64,000 nt of DNA, from the NCBI GenBank assembly GCA_946965045.2, contig OX337229.1:4960001-5024000 (forward strand). The letters run 5' to 3'. The notes beneath the pieces are model-generated. The model worked only from the letters and a program-made list of their open reading frames with translations. It made no database searches and was not told the origin of the DNA. Source of the DNA: Epithemia pelagica (taxonomy: Eukaryota > Protista > Bacillariophyta). Positions 1 through 11,423 of this stretch are shown here, piece by piece; the stretch's first letter is position 1; each line of letters opens with the position of its first letter. Made by a program: the position numbers and the translations under genes.

Positions 1-43
1 ACTACCTACATATCTAGATATAAAGTAAGCAGATTACTCCCCT

Positions 44-199
44 GTGATTTCTCATTCCTTCCTCGTCGGGCGCCCGGCTTGTCGGGAGAATGACTCGACG
101 GGCATATGTCTTGTCGGGCATGCGCCCTCCTCGAACATATGCCCTTCTCCTCATTCTACCCTACGCGCCGGGCGACCCTCTTCTAAAGGAATGAATCAC
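44..199. repeat. Long imperfect fold-back (nested inverted repeats)
   Basis: Nested arms: GTGAT 44-48/ATCAC 195-199; TCATTCCTT 52-60/AAGGAATGA 186-194; CGCCCGGC 71-78/GCCGGGCG 167-174; AGAATGA 87-93/TCATTCT 151-157; GGGCATATGT 100-109/ACATATGCCC 135-144. Confidence 0.7.
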
Positions 200-788
200 C
201 GTGAAGTAGTCTTACTACCTTCCCAGGCCATTGTACAAGCTTAGCTTTCTCATCCTTTCGTCATGGCTCAGAGTCTTGGGTCTGATAAACCAAAGATCGG
301 TCATGTAAAAGACTCGTAATCATAAAGAGTGACTATTAGGATCCTCTAACCTAGAGGTCTATGTCTCGCTAAATCCTCGCTCACAAACGCGACCATTTCT
401 CGCTTTCGTGACTGAGAGCGCACATAGAGGGTCGCCCCGAAAATTTGTTTCCAACGCCAACACAACGATCTCAATTCCCAGTCTCGCGGCATTTTCATTC
501 GCGTAGGGGCTACTCACAAATCTTTTGATCCAACGGCAACATCGAGATTTCATAGACACACATAGACGCATTAGACACGTGTATGATTTTGTGGGTGGAG
601 AATTGCTCCGACACAACACGAAGTGAGAAGTGAGATTCCGCCATAGGATCATTGCCAAGAAGGAGAAAAGCTGAGGAGAATTGAAGCTCAAATCGAAGAC
701 TGACTGGTGAATCCTTTCAGCTGCAGTGAATCTTGTCGATCGTTTCATTGGCTTTCGTCGTCATTTTCGGGTCTATTTCGCATTCATC

Positions 789-3700
789 ATGTTTCGCAGT
801 TCACGGAAAAACAGTGAAAAGAGCTACTCACGCTCGGAAAGCGGCATGAGTGTCTCCTCGGCGGAGCTAGAAGAACAGAATCAACGCATCGCTTCTAAAG
901 CCAAGTCGATTCTTGATCTGTGCGAGTCTGTGAACCAAGCCCAAGCTACGTCATCGAACATCACGGCCTTGAAGAATGCCGGTGGAACGGCAGGAATTGC
1001 CAAGGCACTCATTTCGGATATTTCTCGGGGTATTGAATTGGGATCCTTGGAGATGCGTAGGGAACATCTTGGAGAAAATAGTTTGCCCTCATCGCCGCGA
1101 AAGTCCTTCTTTGAACTTTTTGTCGACACCTTTGACGATGCCACCTTGCAGATTTTGATTGTTTCGGCATTCGTCAGTCTCGCGATTGGCATGTACGACG
1201 ATCCAACCGCAGGTTATGTCGAAGGGTGTGCCATTTTGGCAGCTTGCTTTGTGGTCAGTCTCGTTACCGCAGCCAATGACTATCAGAAGGAATCACAATT
1301 TCGTGAGCTATCTGCCGCCCATGACGAGTCCGTCGATGTCGTCGTCCGACGTGGGGGTGCCTATTGGCAGATTCCGGTCACTGAAATTGTGGTGGGTGAC
1401 ATTGTCTGTGTGGAAACGGGTGATGCGATTCCCTGCGACGGTATTGTGGTAGCATCGGATAGCCTTCAAGTCGACGAATCAGCCTTGACAGGAGAACCTG
1501 TCGATATGGATAAAGACCCTGAGAACGACCCCTTTATGCTGAGTGGGTGCACTGTTGTTGCTGGTACTTGCCAGTTCTTGGCTATTGCTGTCGGCAAACA
1601 TTCTCAGTGGGGAATCATCAAATCCAAATTGGAAAAGGAACAAGCTCAAACACCCCTTCAAGAGAAGCTCGACGATATGGCCGCCATGATTGGATATGTC
1701 GGTATGGCTGCTGCTGGAGCTACCTTTATTGCCTTGATGAGTATTAAGATCTTCTTGAACCCTGCCGAGTTTGCCGATACAACGCTTTTCAACTTTACGC
1801 TTGAGGCCTTTATCATTGGTGTCACCATTGTCGTGGTTGCAGTTCCTGAAGGCTTGCCGTTGGCTGTAACCATTTCGCTCGCATTCTCAACCAAGAAAAT
1901 GTTGGCAGATCAGAACTTGATTCGACATTTGGCCGCTTGTGAAACAATGGGAAATGCCACGAATATTTGTTCCGACAAAACGGGTACACTCACGGAGAAT
2001 CGCATGACCGTTGTCAAAGGCTTGTTTGCCGATACCCGGTGCGATGATTGCATGCATCGGGTTCCAGTCTTGATTGGGAAAAAGGCATTGGAGATTATTC
2101 TGGACTGTATCGCTTGCTGCTCTACAGCACGCGTTGTGCCCCCTGAGGAAGGCTCCGAAAACACCCGCCCACAAATCATTGGCAACAAAACAGAAGCGGC
2201 CCTCCTTCTTTTGGCGCAGTCGGAATGGGCTCCCAATGACGACACGGACGCCCGTCGCGAAGCAGCTCGATTCCACGATGGTTCTAGCAGACTTTTCCCC
2301 TTCTCCAGTGCTCGCAAGAGCATGTCCGCCTTGGTTATGAAAGAAACCACTCCATTGGCACGTGTTGGTCAAGAAGCTAAAACCGAACGATCCTGGACGC
2401 TGTATCACAAGGGCGCTGCGGAAATTGTGTTGAAAAAATGTTCTTACTACTTGGACATTGACGGATCTGAACAACCCTTGACAGACCGAAAACGACGAGA
2501 GTTTGAGAAGATTATCAAGAAGTTCGCTTCCGAAGCACTGCGTTGTGTTGCCTTGGCGCATCGTCTTTCAGTTGACAAGATTGTGGATCCCCTCAAGTGC
2601 ACGGAGAATGAATGTGCTGAGAAAGTTGAGAAAGACATGTGTTTGTCTGCCATTGCCGGTATCGTGGATCCGCTTCGTGAGGATGTGGTCGATGCGGTGG
2701 CAACTTGCCAACGTGCTGGAATCTTTGTTCGCATGGTAACCGGGGACAATCTCGACACTGCCGTTGCGATTGCCAAACAAGCTGGTATCTTAACGGAAGG
2801 TAAGATGGAAAAGGAGGATATTTGTATTATGAAGTGAAATTGTCTAATCAGTTCTTTCCGTGAAATTACAGGAGGGATCTCCATGGTTGGAGAAGACTTT
2901 CGAAACCTTTCCCCCGCCGAACTGGATGAAGTCCTTCCACGTTTGCAAGTGTTGGCCCGTTCCAGTCCTGAAGACAAACATATTTTGGTACAGCGTCTGA
3001 ATGGGGCCTTGATGCCTGAAACGGAGGAAGAATGGCTGGAAATTCATCCCGGCAAAGACTACAAGCTTCAACGGGACAAGTTGTTACCCGGATACAAGGA
3101 GGAGTGGGCGAAAACCCGTAACGGCGTTGGAGAAGTTGTTGGAGTTACTGGGGATGGAACTAATGATGGTCCAGCTTTGAAGGCTGCCGATGTTGGTCTC
3201 TCCATGGGTCTTAGCGGTACTGATGTGGCTAAGAAAGCTTCGGACATTATCATTCTGGATGACAAGTTCTCGTCAATTGTGAAGGCTGTACTCTGGGGGC
3301 GTTCTGTGTTTGACAATATTCGCAAATTCTTGCAGTTTCAACTCACAGTGAATGTCGTCGCCCTCACAATTACCTTTCTGGCGGCGGTTGCTGGGTATCA
3401 ACCCCCGTTGAACGCAGTCATGATGCTTTGGGTAAACCTTATCATGGACACGATGGGTGCCTTGGCTCTTGGTACGGAACCACCCCGAATGGAACTCTTG
3501 GATCGCCGACCATACGCTCGTGATGCCAGCTTGATTAGTCGTCCCATGTGGCGCAACATTCTTTGTCAAGCCGTTTACCAATTGCTCTTGCTGGTTTTCC
3601 TTCTGAACAAGGGACCACAGTTCTTTGGTTGCGAGGATGGATCCACGCATCATTTCACGATCTTGTTCAATGCCTTTGTGTTTTGTCAGGTTTTCAACGA

Positions 3701-4097
3701 ATTCAATGCCCGAGAAATTGGAGATCGATTCGACCCGATCCGATCCTTGTCACAAAGTCCCATGTTCCTCATGGTCATTGCTTTTACTGTGATTGCCCAG
3801 TGGTTGATTGTCCAATACGGTGGAGATTTCTCTCAGACGGAACCTCTTTCGTTTGATGAGTGGCGCCTCACGGTCGGTTTGGGATCTTTCTCTCTCCCAG
3901 TTGGCTTTTTGATGCGCTTGATTCCCGTGGCAGAAGACCCAAACACGTTTGCCGGACTGGATCGCAAGGTTGGGACAAAGAAGAAGGCCTCGTGGCTCGC
4001 CGTTCTGCTGGCGATTCTTTTGCCAATCTTTGCTGCGATTGTCTATCAGCTATATTTGGAGATTGACGAGATCGATGAAGCTACTGATAACTCTTGA
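789..4097 (+). CDS. P-type Ca2+-transporting ATPase (type IIB, PMCA/ACA-like); 2 exons, intron 2800-2871
   Basis: Motifs SALTGE, VPEGLPLAVT, phosphorylation site CSDKTGTLT, KGAAE, MVTGDN, VTGDGTNDGPALK and QFQLTVNVVA. The GT..AG intron joins the two ORFs in frame (TE-GGISMVG). Confidence 0.95.
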
Positions 4098-4238
4098 AGG
4101 AAGACAACAAGTTGAAGAATACCAGAAAATAAGAAAGTCTAAAATAGAAAGTTTTTCAAAAACTTTTAGAAAATTCGAAGAACAAAGCGACGACCTGATA
4201 TCAAAGAACAACTGGAGTGGTTCTGAGCAGTCGAAGCT

Positions 4239-5750
4239 TTATTTCTCGTAGCTTAGTTCGGAATTGATACTCCCTCTTCTCGTTGGTTTGAGCAATGGCA
4301 TCGATGACGCACGAATGGGCTTGGAAATGGGACAGTCCCCAAAGCCGTACCCTCGAGCGGATTTGGACTCGGCCCTGTTGGGCAATTTTGGATGGCCTTC
4401 CGAATGCGAGGAAGGTGCCTCGGGGGGAGGAACCACGGAGCAGTACTTTCGACTGGGCAGGGCGACGGGTTGGTCCATGCCTCGACTATTGTTGTCTCTC
4501 TGACTGCTTGATTTGGGCTTGTTGGGTGCGAAACGGCTCCGCGATAAGGAGGAATGCGTTCGACTGGGCGGCGACACGGGTTGATCCACACTCCGTACAT
4601 ACGACGGAGACGAAGAGGAGGATCTACGATTTTGCTGTCCGAGGTCACTGATCCATCGAGATCCAGATTTCGAATCCTGTCCATGATCGGAATAAAACCT
4701 GGGCAGGGCTTCCTGTCGTGAAGAGGAGTGGCCGTGATCCGAGTGTGATCGGGGAATCGAGTTTTGTGGTTTGGGTATTGATTCCCATCGACATGAAGAA
4801 AAAATGGAGGGACTTGATCCTTTTCGAGGTGATCTACTTTTCTTGCCTTTACTAGCACTCTCCTTGGTTGAATTCAACACAATCTGTTCATCGCTGTGGT
4901 ACTTTCTCCTTCCAAAAGATCGCAGAAGGTGTTGAGATGGCAGCTTGGCGTTGTCGGAAACAATGGGCAATGGGCCGTCCAAAACAAGGCCATCAAAGAG
5001 ACGGATTGGCTGCTTTGGCTTCTCGTTTTCGACTTGCCGTTCATCGAGAGTAGGCTGTTTTACAGACGATGGAACTATAGCCAGAGAAGATACAGGAAGA
5101 GGCTGGTCCCTTGTACTCAATCCACTTGCAAGCGCCTTCTTCTCTGACTTGATTCTTTGATCAAGTTTGGGACTGACTTGTTTGGGGACAGAATCGTCCT
5201 GTGTTGTTTCACTGCGAGGATCATCAGTCGCAGGATTCTCATTCCCAGGCAGGGGACACAAGGACGGTTCGTTCCTTCTCAGCATTTGCTTTGAAGTAAG
5301 AAGATGATCTTCTTCCACTGGGTCATTGGTTGATTCCCCTCGCGATAACGATGATTCTGGACTTTCTTGCTGTGGTCTTTTCACCGAACTGTTGAACAGG
5401 GAGCTCGTAGCGTTGTCGTCCTCTATTCGCAAGGATCCTTGGTTCAATTGAGAAGACAACTTGACGTGGCTCGATTGGGACGACAATTTGTCGTGGTGGC
5501 TCGAACCAGGCAAGGAATTTCGGGATGGAAGCGTATTGAAGGAAAACCGACGAGTCAGGGGCAAGGGTTTGCCGTCTTTAATGTAGCCCTTGTCTTCTGC
5601 AACCCGTAGACATTCATCCAACAGTCTTTTGCAATACAAGACATTTTTGCCAAAACCAAGGTTGGTTTTTGCGACGGAAGCAACAGATCGAGATTTTTCC
5701 TTGTCGAGACGATACTTTCGTTCTAACATGTGTTCTACCGTAGCTGACAT
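4239..5750 (-). CDS. Ser/Pro-rich disordered hypothetical protein with repeated short motifs
   Basis: 503-aa ORF with repeats DQPVSPPSR / DQPVALPSR / DCPISKPIR and RSHSDHG / RFYSDHG. No recognised domain. Confidence 0.7.
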   Translation of the reverse strand: MSATVEHMLERKYRLDKEKSRSVASVAKTNLGFGKNVLYCKRLLDECLRVAEDKGYIKDGKPLPLTRRFSFNTLPSRNSLPGSSHHDKLSSQSSHVKLSSQLNQGSLRIEDDNATSSLFNSSVKRPQQESPESSLSRGESTNDPVEEDHLLTSKQMLRRNEPSLCPLPGNENPATDDPRSETTQDDSVPKQVSPKLDQRIKSEKKALASGLSTRDQPLPVSSLAIVPSSVKQPTLDERQVENEKPKQPIRLFDGLVLDGPLPIVSDNAKLPSQHLLRSFGRRKYHSDEQIVLNSTKESASKGKKSRSPRKGSSPSIFSSCRWESIPKPQNSIPRSHSDHGHSSSRQEALPRFYSDHGQDSKSGSRWISDLGQQNRRSSSSSPSYVRSVDQPVSPPSRTHSSLSRSRFAPNKPKSSSQRDNNSRGMDQPVALPSRKYCSVVPPPEAPSSHSEGHPKLPNRAESKSARGYGFGDCPISKPIRASSMPLLKPTRRGSINSELSYEK

Positions 5751-7697
5751 GGTTTCTTTCTAACTTCCGAGCGCAAAGCAACCACACAATGGGATGGACG
5801 GGTGATACCTTAGAGAATTCCGTCAAGTTAAACTTCTCCTGGAGCGCGACTCTACCGGTAGACGATCTGATAAGCCAGTGAGAAAGCTTGTTTTACGAGA
5901 TTTATAGGGTATGTGGTCTGCTATGCATTGCCTCACGGTCTGTACGAGCTCGTATGCCGAAGAAAACAACATGCAGACTGGCTGGAATGAGAGAATCCGA
6001 TCTCGCTGTGATGTGTAAGGTGGGTTTGTTGTTTTTCGGACTCCAGGCTCCAGGCACAAACAAAAAATGTGCGTATTCGTGGTTTCACCAGCGATCAGCC
6101 CGCGCGACAATGGGGGAAGAGTCATAATGTTGTATGTGTGATGTGCGTTGAGTGAAGACACTGTACTGTGTCTAATATTGCACTAGTGGTTACAAAACAA
6201 TAAATGAAGCGTATTCATACAATTGCCCCTCTCTTACACTAGATATAAGAGTACCTCTATTACTCGTATTATTGCTCATTTTTTGTCCCGGCATTGGCAT
6301 CTGGCATCTGGCAATCTGGCATCATCCTCTTTCCCCATCATCATTCATCATTCATCCCCATCACCATGATCCCTATGGCGAGTTCTGGAGAAGAGGGCAA
6401 GCACCCATTTTTCACTCACGAACTTCTTTCGGGGAATTGGAGCAGAAGACAAAAGTCTGCAGGGAAAAAATAATACTCGTACCCATGTACCCATTTGGTC
6501 GAAGCTCGCATCTATTGTAGCAAGAATAGAAAGAGCCCACAATTGGTCCTGCTATGATCGGTCTTGTCTGTCTTTCGTGTCTATACCAACAAACCTACCT
6601 CAAATGTAACCTGAAAACTCGTGTACCCTCTATCAAAAAGGAATCAAAGAGCTTGTAAAAAGCCTACCTAGTTCCCAAGAGACAAGCCTTGATTCCCTGA
6701 TACTCCTCTAGGAATAGTTATCACAGATAGAAACAGAAGGATGCATGGCCAAGTTTTAAAAGCTCGACACTCCACTTTTTTCGTCTGTCGCCTTCTTTTT
6801 ATACAAATGTCTAATGTCCCATGTCCCATACCGGATGCGTAACGCGTATTCCTCACGGCTACGCAGCAAAGGCACGGACGCCGGACGCATGTAGATGTAG
6901 GCCGTAGGCTATGGTGGCTAAAGTTATTGTAACCTACTACCTACTCCTCTAGAAGTGGAGAAGTGGACGTGGGATGCAAGATGCTTTATTCTCGAGAGCC
7001 AACCAAGCCACTATTCCCGTCGCGACGCGAATGTCGGTCCGTGTTCTGCGTCTTGTGTGCTTGGGCGCATCTAGGATTCAGGACAGAGTGCCGGAAGCCG
7101 GAAGTGTGAAGAAAAAGAGAAGACAGCGTAGCCGCAGGATCAAACTCCAATCTCCCAAGATATTATTATGCACCCACCCAATCCTTCTCGACTACCGAAA
7201 GTAATAGACTTATAATGACTTGTTATGGTTATAACTGCTACGACCAAAAAATGGTCACGATGTCCAGGGTTCCGAACTTCCATTGATAAAAAGCATAAAC
7301 CCAGAACTTCTATAATATTGTTGTGGGCAGTGGGCGGTGGACAGGGCGATTGCGATTAAGGATAGAGGATAGAAGTATTTCATATTTCATACTCCTACTA
7401 CATCAATTTACCTCCTACTGGCGACTGGAGACTAGAGGTAGAGAGGAGTAAGTATTTTGGAATGTACGATCTACGAACGAATAGGAACCATGGCGCTCTA
7501 CCTTGGACCTTGGAAACTGGAAACAATAAAAAGTAGAGGATCAAAAGCCTCTCTAGCACAATTGCACAATAGGCCCTCTCGCTCTCAATACAAGAGCAGC
7601 TAGCTATCTTGGAGCTTCTTGAACCGGATTCCGGGGGACCAAGACCAAGATCAGTACAATAGTTGGGTTGAGCATTTCTCATATTTCATACTTCGAG

Positions 7698-7727
7698 TTC
7701 GGGGTTCGGGGTTCGGGGTTCGGGGGG
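7698..7727 (+). repeat. (TTCGGGG)n heptamer tandem repeat, G-quadruplex-capable
   Basis: TTCGGGG x3 plus TTCGGGGGG, ~115 nt upstream of the ATG at 7842. Confidence 0.8.
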
Positions 7728-7841
7728 TGGATTCTGGGGGCACGGGCCACGTCTCAGATGAGCACTCACGACTCACGAGTTCAGACTCACCGCTCACCGA
7801 GTACAAAACCTTAGGCAACCAACCATCAAAGAAACACCGAA

Positions 7842-9743
7842 ATGGTTGATACCACATCAAAGAATAATATCCAACAACAGCATGACGACGCCGTTGAATT
7901 GGTTCGACAAGGATTGCCGTTTTCAACTGCAAAATCCAGCAGTGAAATCCCACTGGTGAATAAAGTGTGCCCGATCAAAAGTGTGGATGACAAGAGCCTC
8001 TTCGAACCGTACTGGACTTCTCGAGGATACGCGTCTGTAGATAAACTCCAAGATTTGGTTCGGGAGGGATACAATTTGTGCTATGCAATACCAGTGAATC
8101 GAAGTGTGAACAACCCTGAACAACCAGAACAATCATCCAGCGCGACCACTGTCACCAAATCTTCGTCGGAACCGATAGCTACACCATCGATGAAAAGCAA
8201 GGAACGATATGGACCAGCCGATATTAAATCTGAAACCAACTTATGGGACCCTGTAAATGCGGCTGTCGACAATGTCACCATTCTTCGTCCATCTCATGAT
8301 GATTGGGGAATTCACAAACTTATGCTTTTATTTTGTGACGATTTCGTTCAGCACGTCTACGCATTGCCCTGGTGGCATAGCAGGCCTGATATACGGGAAG
8401 CGGTTCAACCTATTTTCGATGTACTCAACATCACAGAAGACTGTGTTGTTCGATTGCTGCTGGCGTCCCTGCCACCGGGTGCAACCATACCTGTTCACGA
8501 GGACTCTGGTGCATGGGTCACCATGACGCACAGAGTGCATGTTCCGATTATTGTGCAGCATGTGGATGAAATCTTGTTTCGCTGTGGTCCTTCGGAAGAT
8601 GCATTGGAACGCATAGATACCACACCGGGTCATGTTTTCGAAATGAACAATCAGGCAAAACACGCGGTTAGCAATTGTTCAAGCGATTACAGAGTCCATT
8701 TAATTCTGGATTACGTGGGGACGGAAGACCCTGCCCTGTCCAGGTTGCCACCAAGGATCAGCTTGAGTAAGGGTGAAAAGTTGGTACAAACGCGTCGTTC
8801 GGTAGATCGTTGGAAAGATCGCGGTTCGCGACCTACACCTTCATTCCTCATCCTCGGGGCCCAAAAAGCAGGGACCACCAGTTTGTATGAGTACATTACA
8901 CAACACCCCCTCATCCCCAAAGCCAAACGACGAGAAACACACTGTTTAGATTGGAGGTGGAACACCAAGCTGAAAACCGTCCAAGCGCAAAGGAGGTGGT
9001 GTCATCATTTCTATGAAACAGACATTCTCCACCGAAATCCGTCGTGTCTCACGGGTGACTCTACTCCGTCGTATTTGATTGACAGCCGACGAGTCATTCC
9101 ACGGCTTCAAAACGTATTTAACTGGCCACTCAAATTCTTTGTCATATTAAGAAATCCGATCAAGCGTGCAGAGTCTCATTTTGCCATGGTCACCAGCACG
9201 GAAGGTCGACCCGAACAACTCAAGGCGAGAGGTACCGAATGGAGAGAAAAGTCCTTTCGAGAAGTGGTAATGGAGGATCTAGGCAGAATGAAGCAATGTG
9301 GCTTGATTCCCTATTGGGATATTGAAAATGGAACGTTTCATGCAGAACTATTTGATTCGTTTAGTGGCACGGCCACAGAGGAACAGGCGTGGGACGCATA
9401 CCTCAAGGAGATACCACTCGGAACGGGTTCCTACGGCCTCTTGAGCCGAGGTATGTACGAACTCAATTTGAGACCCTGGTTACGGGCGTTTCAGCGGCAA
9501 GACTTCTTAATTCTCCTTCTGGAACGATTGAAATCTGATGGTGCGTCGTCTATAATGGAAACGGTCTGGGACCATCTCGGTGTACCGTCCTACCAGATAG
9601 AAGACGACAGTCCCAAAAACACACGAGAGTATGTGTCGCTTGTTGACAACGATTTGCAATCCTATTTGGAGCGTTTCTATAAACCACACAATCAGCGACT
9701 AGCCGACGTCCTTGGAGACGATTGGAGGGGGGTTTGGGCATGA
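7842..9743 (+). CDS. Fusion of an Asp/Asn beta-hydroxylase-like 2OG-Fe(II) dioxygenase domain and a PAPS-dependent sulfotransferase (heparan-sulfate O-sulfotransferase-like)
   Basis: Dioxygenase motifs LPPGATIPVHEDSG (HxD), HRVHVP, FEMNNQAKHAVSN (distal His) and YRVHLILD. Sulfotransferase motifs ILGAQKAGTTSLY (5'-PSB) and ILRNPIKRAESHF (3'-PB). Single open frame. Confidence 0.88.
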   Translation: MVDTTSKNNIQQQHDDAVELVRQGLPFSTAKSSSEIPLVNKVCPIKSVDDKSLFEPYWTSRGYASVDKLQDLVREGYNLCYAIPVNRSVNNPEQPEQSSSATTVTKSSSEPIATPSMKSKERYGPADIKSETNLWDPVNAAVDNVTILRPSHDDWGIHKLMLLFCDDFVQHVYALPWWHSRPDIREAVQPIFDVLNITEDCVVRLLLASLPPGATIPVHEDSGAWVTMTHRVHVPIIVQHVDEILFRCGPSEDALERIDTTPGHVFEMNNQAKHAVSNCSSDYRVHLILDYVGTEDPALSRLPPRISLSKGEKLVQTRRSVDRWKDRGSRPTPSFLILGAQKAGTTSLYEYITQHPLIPKAKRRETHCLDWRWNTKLKTVQAQRRWCHHFYETDILHRNPSCLTGDSTPSYLIDSRRVIPRLQNVFNWPLKFFVILRNPIKRAESHFAMVTSTEGRPEQLKARGTEWREKSFREVVMEDLGRMKQCGLIPYWDIENGTFHAELFDSFSGTATEEQAWDAYLKEIPLGTGSYGLLSRGMYELNLRPWLRAFQRQDFLILLLERLKSDGASSIMETVWDHLGVPSYQIEDDSPKNTREYVSLVDNDLQSYLERFYKPHNQRLADVLGDDWRGVWA

Positions 9744-9821
9744 TAGCACCCTAACATAGCTGTTTTCCTCAACGAGCTTCCATATAACTCAATCTCCTAG
9801 GTAGTTAAACAATTATTCTCC

Positions 9822-11423
9822 CTATTCTCCTTTACTGTCTGTGACTTTCAGCAACCGGAACATACACAGAGTTGCCAGACCAAGAGCTGCAGAAGATACT
9901 CCCAAGGCACCACCAATTCCAAGTTTGTTGATGGACAAGAACACGCTGACGACAAGAACGTTGAGAGGAATGCCAAACAGATTCATAATGACCGAGCGAT
10001 GCGAGTCGGGGATGTATTTGCTGCGAAGGGTTCCAATCGAGGGGAAGTACATGCCAACGCAGGCTTCAAAGGCAAAGAATGCGGCGGCAATCGTTGCGAG
10101 ATTCACACCACCGGTGGTGGTCACAGTCCAGGTCGCGACCGACATGGCAACAGTCGCAATGGACAACATGGCCGCTGCAAATGTCTCTGTCATCATGCTT
10201 GTCTTGGCAAGTTGACCAAAGATGGTAGATCCAAGCAAACACGAGGCCATGAAACACGAAAACACAGTTCCATACGGAGTGGACGCGGAAGCACCAAAGG
10301 AGTTGCCCACTGCGGAGGATATCGCGGGTGGCCACTGCAAGACAAAAATGTACATGGCGGCTTCAAACAGGGACTGGACGGCGCCAACCAAGGTAATTTT
10401 AGGATCCTTTCGAATCACTTGAAAGGCTTCTGAAATCGTGGGTTTGTCGTCAGTATCGGCACTGGCGGAGCGATTCTCCTTCCATAGGAACAACGCGAGC
10501 AATCCGCCAAGGCCAAGAAATCCACTTGACAATTCAAAAGGACCTGTTGGTCCAGATCTTGCTGCTGCCCATCCAGCAAGTTGACCAGCCAAAATGGCTA
10601 CAATCGAGTCTCCTGCATAGGCCATACCAAAGGTTTCTCCCAGATACTTTCCATCTGGATCGTCTCCACCCTTTTGCGCCGCTCCAACAAGCCAGGATTC
10701 GGGTGCCGAGAACAAAAGGGCCGTTCCAACTCCCGACAGCACACGTCCCAATAACAAAAGAAGAAGAAGAGGTGACTTTGTGGACAAAGCTCCCAGCGCA
10801 TAAATAAAACAAAAGGCGAGTGTGGCCTTCTTGCGTCCATATTGATCCGCGGCCCTACCAACTGATGGTCCAAAGAGGGCTCTACTGGCAAAACCAGTCA
10901 AGAAGAGTTTGCTTACCAAGGCCATGGATGCTGGTAAACCATTGAATACTTTGCTGGTATAGACTTCGTAAAAGTAAGGGCCTTGCAACCAATCACTACA
11001 ACGAAGAAGCCAGAAAACCGACAAGAATCGAGCCTGTAACGATTTTATTGAGTCCGGTTTCTTTTCGACCCCCTCCGAGGAGTTTGTGGAAGTTGAACGT
11101 TGTATAATTTTGATCAACAACGTGACAAGAGCCAGTCCAAGCAGCGAAGAGTTGAAGACGGATTGAGGACTCTCTGCGCCAAAATGAGAAACGATGGACG
11201 ACATGGAGCTCGCAGCTTCTCCTCCTCCTCCACGCAGATTGAGCATCATGTGAACGCTTTGAGACGTTTTTGTCATGGGAAATACTCTGGGTGGTTGTAT
11301 TCTTTGCGACTGGAGCTGAAAGGACGGAGATGAGGCCGCAAACGCAGCAGCTGGGCTAATGCTGTTGAACCCATTGGCCGAAAGGGCCAACATTCCGAGA
11401 ACGAATGCGTTCATCATGGTCAT
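9822..11423 (-). CDS. MFS transporter, MFSD5/MOT2 (molybdate-anion transporter, DUF791) family, with an N-terminal targeting leader
   Basis: LQARFLSVFWLLRCSDWLQGPYFYEVY, QSLFEAAMYIFVLQWPPA and RSVIMNLFGIPLN are typical of MFSD5. About 12 hydrophobic segments. Signal-peptide-like N-terminus. Confidence 0.85.
   Translation of the reverse strand: MTMMNAFVLGMLALSANGFNSISPAAAFAASSPSFQLQSQRIQPPRVFPMTKTSQSVHMMLNLRGGGGEAASSMSSIVSHFGAESPQSVFNSSLLGLALVTLLIKIIQRSTSTNSSEGVEKKPDSIKSLQARFLSVFWLLRCSDWLQGPYFYEVYTSKVFNGLPASMALVSKLFLTGFASRALFGPSVGRAADQYGRKKATLAFCFIYALGALSTKSPLLLLLLLGRVLSGVGTALLFSAPESWLVGAAQKGGDDPDGKYLGETFGMAYAGDSIVAILAGQLAGWAAARSGPTGPFELSSGFLGLGGLLALFLWKENRSASADTDDKPTISEAFQVIRKDPKITLVGAVQSLFEAAMYIFVLQWPPAISSAVGNSFGASASTPYGTVFSCFMASCLLGSTIFGQLAKTSMMTETFAAAMLSIATVAMSVATWTVTTTGGVNLATIAAAFFAFEACVGMYFPSIGTLRSKYIPDSHRSVIMNLFGIPLNVLVVSVFLSINKLGIGGALGVSSAALGLATLCMFRLLKVTDSKGE

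Noticed and set aside
726-788. Upstream extensions from non-ATG starts (also 11787, 42712, 57614)
   Set aside because: The ORF track uses GTG/TTG or upstream in-frame starts. Downstream ATGs fit eukaryotic genes and targeting leaders better.
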